Of a stretch of DNA of 64,000 bases, positions 30,940 to 42,356 are shown piece after piece. Numbering within the stretch: the first letter of the stretch is position 1; every line of letters starts with the position of its first letter. Position numbers and translations under genes: made by a program. Under the pieces are notes generated by a model. The model was not told the DNA's origin and ran no database searches. It was given only the letters and a program-made list of their open reading frames with translations. This DNA comes from Corallochytrium limacisporum Hawaii (lineage: Eukaryota; Protista; Pluriformea), in NCBI GenBank assembly GCA_002811645.1, contig PDIP01000017.1, forward strand, positions 186,001 through 250,000, read 5' to 3'.

Positions 30940-32496
30940 CTAAAGGACGGGTGACCTTTCCAGGGACAGGTTCATGTTATGAAGTCCAACAATCATGGCA
31001 TGCCCCGAAGAATCCTTCGCCACTTTCTGACTGTCGCTACGGCGCAGTGCCAAGGCGTCCAGATAATTGCTGTCGACGTTGCCAGTAACATAGCAGCCAG
31101 AGAAAACACTGCAGTCAAAGTCATTGATGTCAGGGTTCAGTTTCTTGACACATTCCTTCAGGTCTTCCTCGGTTTGGTAAAAGACCTTATCAGCTCCAAT
31201 TTCTCGTGCCACCTCAGCCTCGGTGCGGCCATAGGCGACCAGTTCCTCAGAGGTGGGCATGTCAATGCCATAGACGTTGGGAAAACGAATTGGTGGTGCA
31301 CAGGATGCAAAGTAGACTGCCGTAGCTCCAGCCTCACGAGCCATGTTGATGATTTCTTTCGAGGTGGTGCCACGCACAATAGAGTCATCAACCAACAAAA
31401 CCCGCTTGCCATTGAATTCTTGCGGCATTGCATTCAATTTGCGGCGCACAGACTTCTTGCGCATAGCCTGACCAGGCATGATGAAAGTTCGCCCAATGTA
31501 GCGATTCTTTATGAAACCCTCCCGGTAGGGTTTCTCAAGATAGTAGGCAGCTTGCAGAGCAGCAGTGCGGCTTGTGTCAGGAACGGGGATCACAACGTCG
31601 ACAGAGTTTTCGAGACTTTCCTTGATGCGCTTAGCAAGGTACTCTCCCATATTCAAACGGGCTTGGTACACGCTGATCTTGTCAATGATGCTGTCCGGGC
31701 GAGCAAAGTAAACATACTCAAAAATACAGGGATTCAAGACCGGCTTGGAGGCACAAATCCTCTTGTGCATACCACCGCCGGCAGGGAACACGATGCATTC
31801 TCCAGGCTTAACATCGTCGACGAGTTCGAAGCCCAGTGCCTGCAGTACCACACTCTCAGATGCTACACAGTAGTCGTAAGCATTCGGGATCTTCATGCTA
31901 GGACGACGTCCATACACAGCAGGTCGAATACCCCAAGGATCGCGCATGACATAAATACCATAGCCTGCAATCATACCGCAGCAGGCCCAAGCTCCAACAC
32001 AACGTTCGTTCACAAAGCTGACAGCGCGGAAGACATCCTCATGGTTAACCCGGTCCTTATTCACGTTCTGCAGCTCACAGGCCAGCAGGTTTAGCATGAG
32101 CTCACTGTCAGAGTCTGTGTTGATGTGGCGATGGATAGTGTGGTCGAGGAAGTCCTTCAACTCGTCGTGGTTGGTAATGTTACCATTGTGGGCGATCGTC
32201 ACACCATACGGAGAATTCACATAGAAGGGCTGTGCCTCGCTCATGTTGGAAGAACCAGCAGTAGGATAACGTACATGACCAATGCCCATGGGCCCAACAA
32301 GGTGGAGGAGTTCCTGAGGTCCAAAGACGTCACGCACCATTCCATTGCCTTTTCGTTGGAACAGGCGTCCTTTCAAGCAAGTAAGAATACCAGCAGCATC
32401 CTGTCCACGATGTTGAAGTATATTCAATGCCTCATAGATTTCCTGCGAGCATCCCTGACTACCGTCAGCATTGATGATACCGAAGATTCCGCACAT
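30940..32496 (-). CDS. ADE4: Amidophosphoribosyltransferase (ADE4/PurF)
   Basis: Starts MCGIFG (N-terminal Cys nucleophile); QHRGQDAAG, GHVRYPTAG, HNGN, CIFEYVYFARPDS and the PRPP loop VDDSIVRGTT are present. ATG at 32496. Confidence 0.97.
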   Translation of the reverse strand: MCGIFGIINADGSQGCSQEIYEALNILQHRGQDAAGILTCLKGRLFQRKGNGMVRDVFGPQELLHLVGPMGIGHVRYPTAGSSNMSEAQPFYVNSPYGVTIAHNGNITNHDELKDFLDHTIHRHINTDSDSELMLNLLACELQNVNKDRVNHEDVFRAVSFVNERCVGAWACCGMIAGYGIYVMRDPWGIRPAVYGRRPSMKIPNAYDYCVASESVVLQALGFELVDDVKPGECIVFPAGGGMHKRICASKPVLNPCIFEYVYFARPDSIIDKISVYQARLNMGEYLAKRIKESLENSVDVVIPVPDTSRTAALQAAYYLEKPYREGFIKNRYIGRTFIMPGQAMRKKSVRRKLNAMPQEFNGKRVLLVDDSIVRGTTSKEIINMAREAGATAVYFASCAPPIRFPNVYGIDMPTSEELVAYGRTEAEVAREIGADKVFYQTEEDLKECVKKLNPDINDFDCSVFSGCYVTGNVDSNYLDALALRRSDSQKVAKDSSGHAMIVGLHNMNLSLERSPVL

Positions 32497-33868
32497 GGTC
32501 TTCACTTTCCGATAGTTCCACGGTTCTTTTTCTGTACACCTACGTCCCGAACTATGCCAAATTCATTGCCATATACCCAGACGTATAGCAGAGCGTAAAG
32601 CGGAAGACATGAATTGAGTTTGCTTGGCAACCAAGAGCTTGCTTCCGGTCTAAGGCCTCGAGCAAACGCGTGCTCGCCCAAGTACCCACCTTGCCCAGCC
32701 CTCCCCAACACCCTCACCCCTCTCGTATTCTCAGGCCATCACTCTGCTCTGCCTTCCCACACGCAGTCCACCCCAAGCAGAACTTTGTGAAGCCGCAGCG
32801 GACAATATACTTCCGCTCTCAAAAAGACAGGCGTCCCTGTGGGAGTGGTTCCGCAGGGGGAGGGCCCCCGCGCTGGGAATTGGGGGGATTGGGCCCCTCG
32901 GGTAAAAGCGGTATTGGCCTTTTCTTCTTCTCTCCCGAATGGCTCTTGTCTACTTAAACAAGCAAGACACACGCGCACAAGAGTGCGCGCGATGTCACGA
33001 AACGAATTACTTTCACAGCAATATTGCATGTTCATGATGTGCTAATAGCGTTTTGTATGAAACTAGCACAAAGTGGGACGTGGGCCATGAAACATGATCA
33101 TCACCTCATATCGCGAATCAAACAACGAAAAGAAGGCCGGCTTGCTGACATGGCGTGAATCCAAACACAGAGGCAAGAGTTTTATGATTTCCACTGACTT
33201 GCCTTCCAGAGACCCGGGGCGCCAACTAAACAAGAAGTGGGCTCTGAACTGCGTGGCCTCAATCAGCGTTCAATCTTTGCGTGTTGAGAGTGTACCGGCC
33301 TGCCACTCTGCGCCCTTATCGTTTGGTCCAATAAATCAATATATGATCAATATATGGTAAATCTATTCTATTGATATAATACGTCCTCGGACGGGCGCGA
33401 AAAGTTCTAAATTTGATTTTCAGGGTGGTTGCGGGGACCATATGCGCACCCCTCGCTTGCTCACACCCTTCACCTTCGAATGCCCTACATCCACCATACA
33501 CTGACCTTAGCGTCTGTGACTTTGCCTCCTCTCCCTGTTGTGCCGCTCTTCCTTCGTTTGGATATGAAAAGGAGCAGGACACTCATTTTTTTTCTCCCTT
33601 TTTCCGGTGGCGGGGGAAGGGGCAGGCGCACACGTGGGGGTATTGAGATGCTTGGTGGGGAGGGGGGGGGCGGGGCAAGGACTGGCGTGCAAACCCAGGT
33701 GGCACCCCAGTCAGGGGTTGGCTGCCCTGCCTCACTCCTCAGCCTCAGCTGTGAAGAATCTCTAGTCTTTTGATAAGGAATGTAATAGATCATGTAGCAT
33801 GAAAATATGGAGGAACTATTGGCGAAGGGATTGTCATGTACATTCCAAGGGGGACAAACAGCTGCAGC

Positions 33869-36800
33869 TCAAGCCTTAGTGGGCATGCAGCTCTGTCCGA
33901 CACTTTCGAACAGTTTCTCCAGCTCCGGAGCAATCTTGACGAAGGAATGCTCCCAGAAACGGTACCGCGGATTCTTGATCAATTCAATGAATGTGATGAG
34001 AATACCCCACGGGTGAGGGCGGTTAACAATCAGGCGCTCCAGAAGAATCCGGGTGATCTGTTCACGAATAATCATGGGTTCTGAATCTGAGAACAGATAC
34101 AGCAAGATGCAGCTGAAATAGTGCGTGTGACTGTTTGGATAGCGTAGCTGGTTCGTCATCGCATTCAAGAAGTGATAGCGACCCTCAGCATCAAGATCGT
34201 GAACCAGATGTTTGAAAATATCCATGGCAGTCGTGTTGGTCAAAGGCTGACCCTTCATGTTAGCAATACCCGACATTCCTACATGAAGCACCAAAGAGTT
34301 AATCAACGGCACATCATACTTTGTGCCACGGTTGATTGCCTCATTGGTGTCCTGGAGCAGCAGCTGTGACTTGAGGCTGCCCAGGAACGTTGACGGTTGA
34401 CGATCACGGAGGTAAGAATCAAGATCTGGCTTCAGTCCACTATTCTGCAGGATCATCGGATTCTTGCCCAGGATACGCGGTGCCTGCTGGATCTCAGGCA
34501 GCAGATCAACCTTCAAATTCTGGCCAAATGGATCGGGTAGACGCATGTTCCGCGGGAATGCAGACAGGATCAGATTGCGCAACTGAATACACGTCTGAGG
34601 AATAACGTCGCAGAGACTGAAGTGGTAGTCGCACAAAAACTCAGGGAAGTCGTGCAACAGCACCAACAGAACACGCACAGTACCCTTATACAATTTTCGA
34701 GTTGCCCGATTCATGTCTGCGCGGCGCAGGAAAGGTCCCAAGAACGTGAACAGGTCAATAAGATGCGTATGGAACAAGGGCCAACCTTTCTGCGACTTAA
34801 TCAACAGCAACTTCACCATGAATGTTCTCTGGGAGATGAGGTCTAGCCAAGCAAAGGCAAAGCCAGGCATATGCTGCGGTGCGAGAACTCGATGGAAGAC
34901 GATACTGAAGAGATTCAGCGCCTGGAAGTTGATGGCTTCTAGAACCGCATCAGCGGCGTTCAGCTCCTTTACCAGACTCCTCAGAATGCGATAGTACGGC
35001 TTCTGGTTAAAGTTAACCTCTCGCTTCTTGACATCCTGTGTGATGACGCTCACTAACGATTGCAGGGCTTGGGCAACAGTCTTGATCTTGATGTTTTGGT
35101 TGCCCATGTTGCTGTTGTCACCGAGGAAGCGGACCAGAAGGACGACCATCTTGGACCACGCATCGACAACGCTATAGCGCATCTCGGTGGAGGGGATGCC
35201 AGCGTTGTTCTGTCGGGTCGAGCCATACATAATTGTGTAGTACGCCTCGACAGCAATCTCACAAGTCACCCGGAAGTAGTGAGCATCAATGCCTTCAGCA
35301 CCAAGCAATCCCTTCTGTTGCAGGTTCTTTGTCAGGATAGCATACGCCCTCTCACCAATGACAGCATGGTTAAGGAACTCGTTGAAGATTTCCTTGCAGT
35401 TCTTTGCCTTGACTGCATCAATAGTGTCCATGTTCGGATTCGTGATCTCAATTTCGAGCTGACGCTGCTCACGATTCAATGTGTTCAAAAAGCTGTGAAG
35501 TCCCGGGGCCTGCTTTGCTGTAGTCTTTGCTGCCAGATTGTCCAAAATCTGTAGCGTGTTGAGGAAATCAGCGGCAGTAAGATGTGTGATCTTCTCTTCC
35601 AGTAAGCAAGCTGTGATAAGGTTCATTGCATATTGCAGAGCCTTTGCATTTCGGCCACCGTCTAACTCATCGGCAAGCCGACTGTCCACTTCGGGAGTGT
35701 TAACAATCACATACTTGATCAGGAACGACATCGCCTCGAAGGGGAAATTAGGCACCCCATCTCCAATGACCCAGTAAGTGACATCCCGGGCCACGCGTTT
35801 GTGCTTATCGCGCAGTTTGCGCAGGATGGCAGCGTAGAATTCACGTTCAACATCTGATCCAGACTTGTATAACAATTTCAAGATCTCCTGAGCGAAGGTG
35901 TATCCCATGGTGTCATCCATGTGTCCCATGATATAGCTCAACTGTTGGAACAGGGTCTGAATCTCAGCGTTGGGTTGCGATAAGCTTTGAACCATTGGAA
36001 GGAGCTTCTGGGCCTCCGTAAAGAACATGTTAATGGCATTGAAAACCTGTTCAGGGTACGGAGAGCCTGCGACCTCTTGTCCGCCGGTTGGCTGTTGTCC
36101 CTGTGGTGCACTAGACTGCTGCACAGCTTGAGCACTCGGCTGCCCGTGCGACTGACTGCCCATGATACCCTGCGGCCCAGTACCCATGCCAGCGGCACCA
36201 ATCTGTGTAGGAGATCCGTTCGCAGAATAGTTCGCAGACATGCCAATCTTGGACTCATCAAAAGCAGCTTCAGCAGTAGCTCCTCCAAGAACGTCATAGA
36301 CCCGCATTTGTTCCGGTCCAATACTCTGCTTGTACTGCCTGAGTATCGGCGGTAGGCTGTAGGTCGGGTTCTGCATATACCTTTGCCCTCGCTCACGGTA
36401 GCGAATGCGGATCTCATACTCCTGCGCTAACTTCTCGTCCACATCGGCGAGAGTACGCTCAATTGCTGCCTGCTCCAGAATGGAAGTAGCCAAAGTAACA
36501 TTCTCATCAGCGACTACGTTCGCAGCATTTTCAACAACAGCTTGGACCTCAGGACCAATCTGTTGCGCAATGTTTCCGTTCAACAGTTGATCAAGAACAG
36601 AGTGCTTCAAGTTGTTGGCAATGGCATTGCGCACGAAATCACGGGCAGTCGCAGAAATCCAGTTGCTGGAAAGGTACACAGCAGCATGATGAGCAGCCTT
36701 TGCCAGTTTTGTCTCATCTCCGTCCATCATGAAATCCTTGACCACGAGCTCGTACACGGTGACACTTACAATGGTTGATGTGCGTTGCAACAATCCGCTC

Positions 36801-39800
36801 TGTTCACTCACAGCCTGTTCAATTGCAGGGGCAACAAAATTGCGCAGATTCGGATATTGCTGGAAGAGCACTAAAGAGGATGGAATCACAGGACCCCTGG
36901 CGACATTCTGTTGCTCGGTCGTTGCTTCCGCGGCAGGTCCATGAAGAATGGTCTTCGGCACCTGTTTGCCAAGCAAATTACCGGGTAAAATCTCGTCCAA
37001 GTTCACAGCAATGTTCTTGCACATGACCTCTATCTCAAACTTGAGCGTCATCTTAATCCCAGTGTTGTGGAGATCCTTCAGAACTCGCAGAATGCTATTG
37101 ATATAAGGGCTGCGATCAGTGAAAATCCGAGACTCTCGGCATCCTTCGAGAACCTTACACACCAGCGGCACAACAAAGATTAGCGGAGACTTTGCACCGT
37201 CCTCCTTTCCAGCCTGTCTGGCCATATTGTAAGCATCTAGCATAAGGTCCTTGAGAGACAGATCCTTGTGGAAGATAGGCTTGTTCCTCCGGAGAGTGAT
37301 CAAACCGAGCCACATACCAAGATTCTTCAAAATGGTCCGCTCACTGGATTTTTCGATAATTGCATCAGATAGCATCATGATCTTCACGTACTTGATGGTG
37401 CTTTCGTACAGCTTCTTCCACAGCTCCTCTTCGTCCCACTCCTCCAAGAATTGAATGAATTGAGGGTGGAAGTTTGGTTCAAGGCAAGCCCGTTTGATCA
37501 CCAGATACTGTGCAAACCATGGCAGGTACTGCGGAGTGATCAATTTCTTCGCTTCTGCCACTTTATCTTGCATGTTGATCTCTGAAAGATTGTTGAAGAC
37601 AAAACGAATCTGCTCCTCGAGCTCCTCGTCAGGAACGTAGTTCTGTGACAATTCAGCAGCCGCGATAAGGGAACTGTTGGTGGCACCAGAAAGTCCCACG
37701 CGTCCAGTGCCACTTGACTGAGGACTCTCGCCTCGCGCCGCAGCTTGCAGTGTACGCTGCTTGGCTTGCGGCATCTGACTAAATCCTTTGGTTGAGCAGA
37801 TGCGTTGGGCAAAAGACTGCATTTCTGGCAGCCTGTCCTTGAATCGTTCAATGGCAAGGTCGGCAAAGGCAACCAGTTTCGGGAACCCAGACTCCATGCA
37901 TTTTTCCAGATACGGAAGTGCAAACTGGAGCATGGTACGTCCAAACAGGCCAGCATTGATAAGACCACCAAAAACTTCCGCAGTTATCATTAGCTGCTTT
38001 TCAGGATAGTCGTTGAAATATTTGGACTCGTCAAAGAGGTTGTGGACTAGACACATAAATACCTGGTTACGGTTCGGATCCGCCTTTAGGTCTGCTGCTG
38101 TGCTGATGAAATCCTGCACACTCAGCTTCTGGTTGAAGAGACTCTCAAACATGGAATGTGTTTCCTTCTCGACATCGTCAGGGAACTGACCGCCCTGGAG
38201 AGATCCATCGTCCGTGGATGCCCTTGGATGCATACTCTGCACAATGTTGGCCAACTGAGGCATTAGTTTAGCAAGGTTGACAAACGTCTCCCTGATCTTG
38301 GTGACCTGTGACTGGTTGCAGGATGGGGCCGCTGACTTCAAATTCTCTATGATGATGGACGCTGCATCGACCGGAAGCTTTTGTTGATTAGCCTTTGAAG
38401 TCGCAAATCTCAAGAGGACCGTCACAAAATCATTGATACTTCCGTCTTCGACAGCCAAATTCTTACGACTACTTAACCACTGTTGGAAATACCGCATATC
38501 TCCTTGTCCTCTGAGCAAAGCGAGGTCAAACACCATCGGATATGCAGAAAGTGAGAGTAGGCGATCCGTTGCCTTCAATTCACCTGCGAGCTGCATAACC
38601 CTTTGAGCTTTGTTGGTGTCGTCACTCTCATTGTAATACCGAACCATGCTCAGCAACACCATCGGCTGCTTCTTCTCCCAAAGCATCCGCCAAAGTGCCA
38701 TAGCACTTGTGTGATGGTGGATGAAGTGGCGAATGAGTACCTGCCAGATTTCGTCATATGTTTTCGGAGAGATGGTTGGGTCACTCATTCCCATGCCAAT
38801 GAGCAGCGCTTCAGGACTTGTGTCCAGAGCTTCCAACAAAATCTGTCTCACCGCAATGTCGCTACCACGGCGGGCCAATGTCAGGAACCGCTCAATTAGA
38901 TCCTTTGATATCCAATTCGGCCCTCCCGGGAACAGACGCTGTAGTTGTTCTTCGTTTAGGTCCAAGTCCTTCGTCACACGCGGTTGCTTGCTCTGCGCCA
39001 GGGGTCTAAGGATTGCGATCTGAGAATCACGGAGCTTCCACTCGCCAAGCAGAAGTCCCAATGGCAGACTCTGTGCTCCAGTAGCGAGCTGGTAGATATG
39101 TTCAATGATCCGAAATCCCTCATCACCATTCACTACTAGATCCGGATAGTCCAACGCTTTGATCACTTGGTTCCAATTCATTTGTGGCGCAGCTCTGTTG
39201 ATCCCATGTGTGAATACATCGAGATCCCATGCGGCTGGCTGTGTGTTCACGGTCTCCGCGGACCCACTCGCATCGCCCCCATTTTGCATGCCAGGCTGCC
39301 AAGAAATACTGTTCGGAACCCCATCTGGGTATTTGGCCATCACACCCAGAGCATGTGCTACAGCGGTTGCACTGAAAGGCTTCACCTCATCTAGGAATTG
39401 GTCAAAGACTTCCGGTGAGCTCATCACAGATGCTCCAGTATCCTTCAATACTTCTCCAAACATGGACCGCTGTGTTCCCTCAGACAAACTCATTTCTTTA
39501 AAATCCATCGATAGAGTCTTGTTCGGTGGTTGATTCATAAGGTGCTGTACGTACCACAGTGGCTGCCTGTCTTGAGAGGCGCTTGTATCGTAGTAGAATG
39601 CTATCAATTGAGTCCACTTCTCCGAGTCCAATCCAAACGTACTCCACAACCGATGTAAAAGAACCAACACTTGTTCCAAAATACGATTGTCTACCCGTTC
39701 GTTTCCTCTGTCCTCAGGAATGAGGGAATCGTGCATTAACTTCTGCACCTGAACCCTTGCTGCCTGGGCTAATTTTACGCTTGCAGACTCACAACAAACT

Positions 39801-40192
39801 AAAGCAATTAAAAGTGAAATTTCAAATGGATATTTTTGTCTTTCACCAACCCCTACGAATGCGTCGGCTGCCCCGCGAGCACCAGAAGCTGTGTACCGTT
39901 CACCAGCTCTGCCAATACTAGATGTTGTCGCCCCTGGCGCCAATGCACAGCCTTTTATTGTCTCTAGTAGCGCGTGACGATATGATTCCTGTCCTCGATC
40001 GCTCTCTAAGAGTACTGAAACTAGCCCATAAATTGCTTCTTCGTATACGCGTTCGTAGCTGGACTGTGCTAATGCATGCAATTCGGATATGGAGTTCTGA
40101 AACTCTGCCGACGTTGAATCGTTTGGCAACTGTGACACAATGAGCTCGACTTGCGATGATACTACCGCCCGAGGGTCGAGAACCCGTGTCAT
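33869..40192 (-). CDS. CNOT1: CCR4-NOT scaffold subunit NOT1
   Basis: CLVHNLFDESKYFNDYPEKQL, IRFVFNNLS, RACLEPNFH, LKNLGMWLG, PGFAFAWLDLIS, LLVLLHDFPEFL, QLRYPNSHTHYF, RLIVNRPHPWG; 2107 aa, single exon. Confidence 0.98.
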   Translation of the reverse strand: MTRVLDPRAVVSSQVELIVSQLPNDSTSAEFQNSISELHALAQSSYERVYEEAIYGLVSVLLESDRGQESYRHALLETIKGCALAPGATTSSIGRAGERYTASGARGAADAFVGVGERQKYPFEISLLIALVCCESASVKLAQAARVQVQKLMHDSLIPEDRGNERVDNRILEQVLVLLHRLWSTFGLDSEKWTQLIAFYYDTSASQDRQPLWYVQHLMNQPPNKTLSMDFKEMSLSEGTQRSMFGEVLKDTGASVMSSPEVFDQFLDEVKPFSATAVAHALGVMAKYPDGVPNSISWQPGMQNGGDASGSAETVNTQPAAWDLDVFTHGINRAAPQMNWNQVIKALDYPDLVVNGDEGFRIIEHIYQLATGAQSLPLGLLLGEWKLRDSQIAILRPLAQSKQPRVTKDLDLNEEQLQRLFPGGPNWISKDLIERFLTLARRGSDIAVRQILLEALDTSPEALLIGMGMSDPTISPKTYDEIWQVLIRHFIHHHTSAMALWRMLWEKKQPMVLLSMVRYYNESDDTNKAQRVMQLAGELKATDRLLSLSAYPMVFDLALLRGQGDMRYFQQWLSSRKNLAVEDGSINDFVTVLLRFATSKANQQKLPVDAASIIIENLKSAAPSCNQSQVTKIRETFVNLAKLMPQLANIVQSMHPRASTDDGSLQGGQFPDDVEKETHSMFESLFNQKLSVQDFISTAADLKADPNRNQVFMCLVHNLFDESKYFNDYPEKQLMITAEVFGGLINAGLFGRTMLQFALPYLEKCMESGFPKLVAFADLAIERFKDRLPEMQSFAQRICSTKGFSQMPQAKQRTLQAAARGESPQSSGTGRVGLSGATNSSLIAAAELSQNYVPDEELEEQIRFVFNNLSEINMQDKVAEAKKLITPQYLPWFAQYLVIKRACLEPNFHPQFIQFLEEWDEEELWKKLYESTIKYVKIMMLSDAIIEKSSERTILKNLGMWLGLITLRRNKPIFHKDLSLKDLMLDAYNMARQAGKEDGAKSPLIFVVPLVCKVLEGCRESRIFTDRSPYINSILRVLKDLHNTGIKMTLKFEIEVMCKNIAVNLDEILPGNLLGKQVPKTILHGPAAEATTEQQNVARGPVIPSSLVLFQQYPNLRNFVAPAIEQAVSEQSGLLQRTSTIVSVTVYELVVKDFMMDGDETKLAKAAHHAAVYLSSNWISATARDFVRNAIANNLKHSVLDQLLNGNIAQQIGPEVQAVVENAANVVADENVTLATSILEQAAIERTLADVDEKLAQEYEIRIRYRERGQRYMQNPTYSLPPILRQYKQSIGPEQMRVYDVLGGATAEAAFDESKIGMSANYSANGSPTQIGAAGMGTGPQGIMGSQSHGQPSAQAVQQSSAPQGQQPTGGQEVAGSPYPEQVFNAINMFFTEAQKLLPMVQSLSQPNAEIQTLFQQLSYIMGHMDDTMGYTFAQEILKLLYKSGSDVEREFYAAILRKLRDKHKRVARDVTYWVIGDGVPNFPFEAMSFLIKYVIVNTPEVDSRLADELDGGRNAKALQYAMNLITACLLEEKITHLTAADFLNTLQILDNLAAKTTAKQAPGLHSFLNTLNREQRQLEIEITNPNMDTIDAVKAKNCKEIFNEFLNHAVIGERAYAILTKNLQQKGLLGAEGIDAHYFRVTCEIAVEAYYTIMYGSTRQNNAGIPSTEMRYSVVDAWSKMVVLLVRFLGDNSNMGNQNIKIKTVAQALQSLVSVITQDVKKREVNFNQKPYYRILRSLVKELNAADAVLEAINFQALNLFSIVFHRVLAPQHMPGFAFAWLDLISQRTFMVKLLLIKSQKGWPLFHTHLIDLFTFLGPFLRRADMNRATRKLYKGTVRVLLVLLHDFPEFLCDYHFSLCDVIPQTCIQLRNLILSAFPRNMRLPDPFGQNLKVDLLPEIQQAPRILGKNPMILQNSGLKPDLDSYLRDRQPSTFLGSLKSQLLLQDTNEAINRGTKYDVPLINSLVLHVGMSGIANMKGQPLTNTTAMDIFKHLVHDLDAEGRYHFLNAMTNQLRYPNSHTHYFSCILLYLFSDSEPMIIREQITRILLERLIVNRPHPWGILITFIELIKNPRYRFWEHSFVKIAPELEKLFESVGQSCMPTKA

Positions 40193-40890
40193 TATGCCAT
40201 ATAGCTAAATATGTGCTGTGAATAATGTACAAATTCCTACATATTGCACAAATTGTATGTGACTTATTGAAAGCGCCCTCCGCGTGATCTAGTAAGAGAT
40301 CCATGTCTGAAATAGTCACAAGACCTGGCCAATGGTCCATTGCATTATAGTGGCCAATGCGAGGGACACTATCCCATATGGAGAGATCGTGAGACCTCTG
40401 TTATGCGTCCGGAGCTCCCATACGTGCATAGTCGCGCATATGATGGCGCTCTTTTTGCCTTTTCCGAAAACGCTCAGCTCTTCTCTGCACAAAATAACGA
40501 TCATCTCATTCCGTGCGGCCCCCAAAAAAACATGAATACTTTCGCTCCCTTTTCTTATCTGCACCCGGGAACGGAGGGTTCAAAAAGGCCACAGGACCAT
40601 ACTGCAGAAATTGCGGTGGGGAGAAAGGAAACAGATTTTCGTGAGGCCTTCTATACGCAGCGAATGGGTGAAGCGCAGTACATTCAGTATGCACAGCGCC
40701 GTCCTCACCCACATGAGGCAGTTGTGGCTCTCGCTGTCTCGGGTCCGCACCCCCTTCATTGAGTACTGCGACGTGCCCACCCTTTCCGGTACAGTGTACT
40801 CTTTGGCGCTCTGGCTTTTTGGTCCTCGCGAGCCATTACGCAGGACCCAGCAGTCAGGAACGCCAGCCGAAAAAAAGAGTAAACACTGAC

Positions 40891-41114
40891 NNNNNNNNNN
40901 NNNNNNNNNNNNNNNNNNNNNNNNNNNNNNNNNNNNNNNNNNNNNNNNNNNNNNNNNNNNNNNNNNNNNNNNNNNNNNNNNNNNNNNNNNNNNNNNNNNN
41001 NNNNNNNNNNNNNNNNNNNNNNNNNNNNNNNNNNNNNNNNNNNNNNNNNNNNNNNNNNNNNNNNNNNNNNNNNNNNNNNNNNNNNNNNNNNNNNNNNNNN
41101 NNNNNNNNNNNNNN
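40891..41114. other. Assembly gap (N run)
   Basis: 224 N in the divergent NOT1/MRT4 intergenic region. Confidence 1.
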
Positions 41115-41559
41115 CCCCCCCATGTCTCTGTTTCAACACCTTCCCTCCCCCCTCTCTTCCGTATTCCTTCGTTCTCCCTTCTCCATTGCTTCCGTAGGGC
41201 TCTCGATGCGCCCTCTCCGTCTCCCTTCATCATCCCCGAGGCGTTCTACACAAACTGTTGCCCTAATACTAGGCTCATTGTCCCCATTTTATGATTTTAT
41301 TGATTAGTAGCGCCCACTCGTGGGGTTGGGGAGCGCCCATGCGACTCGCAGAGACAAGATGGGTTAGAGGGTGCAGTTCACAGCCAGGCGGGTCTCTCAG
41401 GTGTGGGATTCAGTGGTACGGCAGGCATTGCATACCTGTGGACTTTGGAGCGTGTGGAGCAAAGCTAGAAATGGGCCCATTGATCGTGTCATTTGGAAGA
41501 ACTGGTGTAAATTCTGAGTATGAGGTTCGTAGCTAATCGATGTAGTACACACTGCGGAT

Positions 41560-42317
41560 ATGCCGAAGTCACGGAGGAACAAGATCGTCAATCTGACGAA
41601 AACTGAAAAGCGTACACGCAATACGAAGGGAGACTTTATCTCAGAGCTGAGAGAACTAGCTGAAAAGTATTCATACGTTTACGTTTTCCAGTTTGAGAAT
41701 GTCAGAAATCAGCACGTCAACAATATGCGCATGGACTGGCGTCACAGCCGTTTCATCCTGGGAAAGAACAAGGTCATGACTGTTGCCCTGGGCAAAACCC
41801 CAGAAGATGAACTGCGTAAGGACCTCCACAAGCTTTCAGGCCATCTGAAGGGAGACCGTGGTTTGCTGTTTACAGACAAGGATCCGGAAGCAGTGACGGA
41901 GTTGTTCGCAGAACATCGCGACAAGGACTTTGCCCGCGCTGGATTCGTTGCTACACAGACTATTGAGCTGCCTGAGGGACCTTTGCCGGACTTCCAGCAC
42001 ACACAAGAACCCTTCCTTCGCAAATTGGGGATGCCTACTGTCTTGAATAAGGGTGTTATTGAACTGCGCCGTGATTTCACGGTCGCCACTGAGGGCAAAG
42101 CCATCACGCAGAATGAGGCAACTCTTATCGTAAGTATTTCGTTAATTCTGAAAACATTTTGCTACCACCATGTGGGACTTATTACTAACCATGCAATCCT
42201 GTATTTACGTCATTCTTTTGTCACTAACAGAAGCAACTCGGCATCAAACTTGCTGAATTCAAGGCCTCAGTCGTCGCAGTTTGGCACGATGGCCGTGTCC
42301 GCGAATATGAAGATTAA
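41560..42317 (+). CDS. MRTO4: Ribosome assembly factor MRT4 (uL10 paralog), 2 exons (41560-42129, 42231-42317), 218 aa
   Basis: MPKSRRNKIVNLTKTEK, SRFILGKNKVMTVALG, DFARAG and EPFLRKLGMPT. The splice restores the conserved EATLI|KQLGIKLAEFK...W end; the track ORF reads into the intron. Confidence 0.93.
42130..42230 (+). other. Spliceosomal intron (101 nt) of MRT4
   Basis: GTAAGT at 42130, TACTAAC at 42183-42189, acceptor ..ACTAACAG ending at 42230; phase 0. Confidence 0.9.
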
Positions 42318-42356
42318 GGTTCCAAGATAGCTCATAGTATACATCATCATCTGAAT

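Noticed and set aside
30773-30940. SECIS element that would explain the CaMK TGA as selenocysteine
   Set aside because: The ATGA...AAA...GA candidates near 30879-30913 lack a pairing helix II.
30979-32094. 371-aa plus-strand ORF
   Set aside because: Antisense shadow of ADE4 with no recognisable motifs; the same applies to most short ORFs nested in real genes.
40580-41307. ORFs spanning the N gaps (also 49450-50008)
   Set aside because: Artefacts of translating N runs.
42130-42330. MRT4 C-terminus as given in the ORF track (VSISLILKTF...)
   Set aside because: This is read-through into the intron; the spliced form restores the conserved end.
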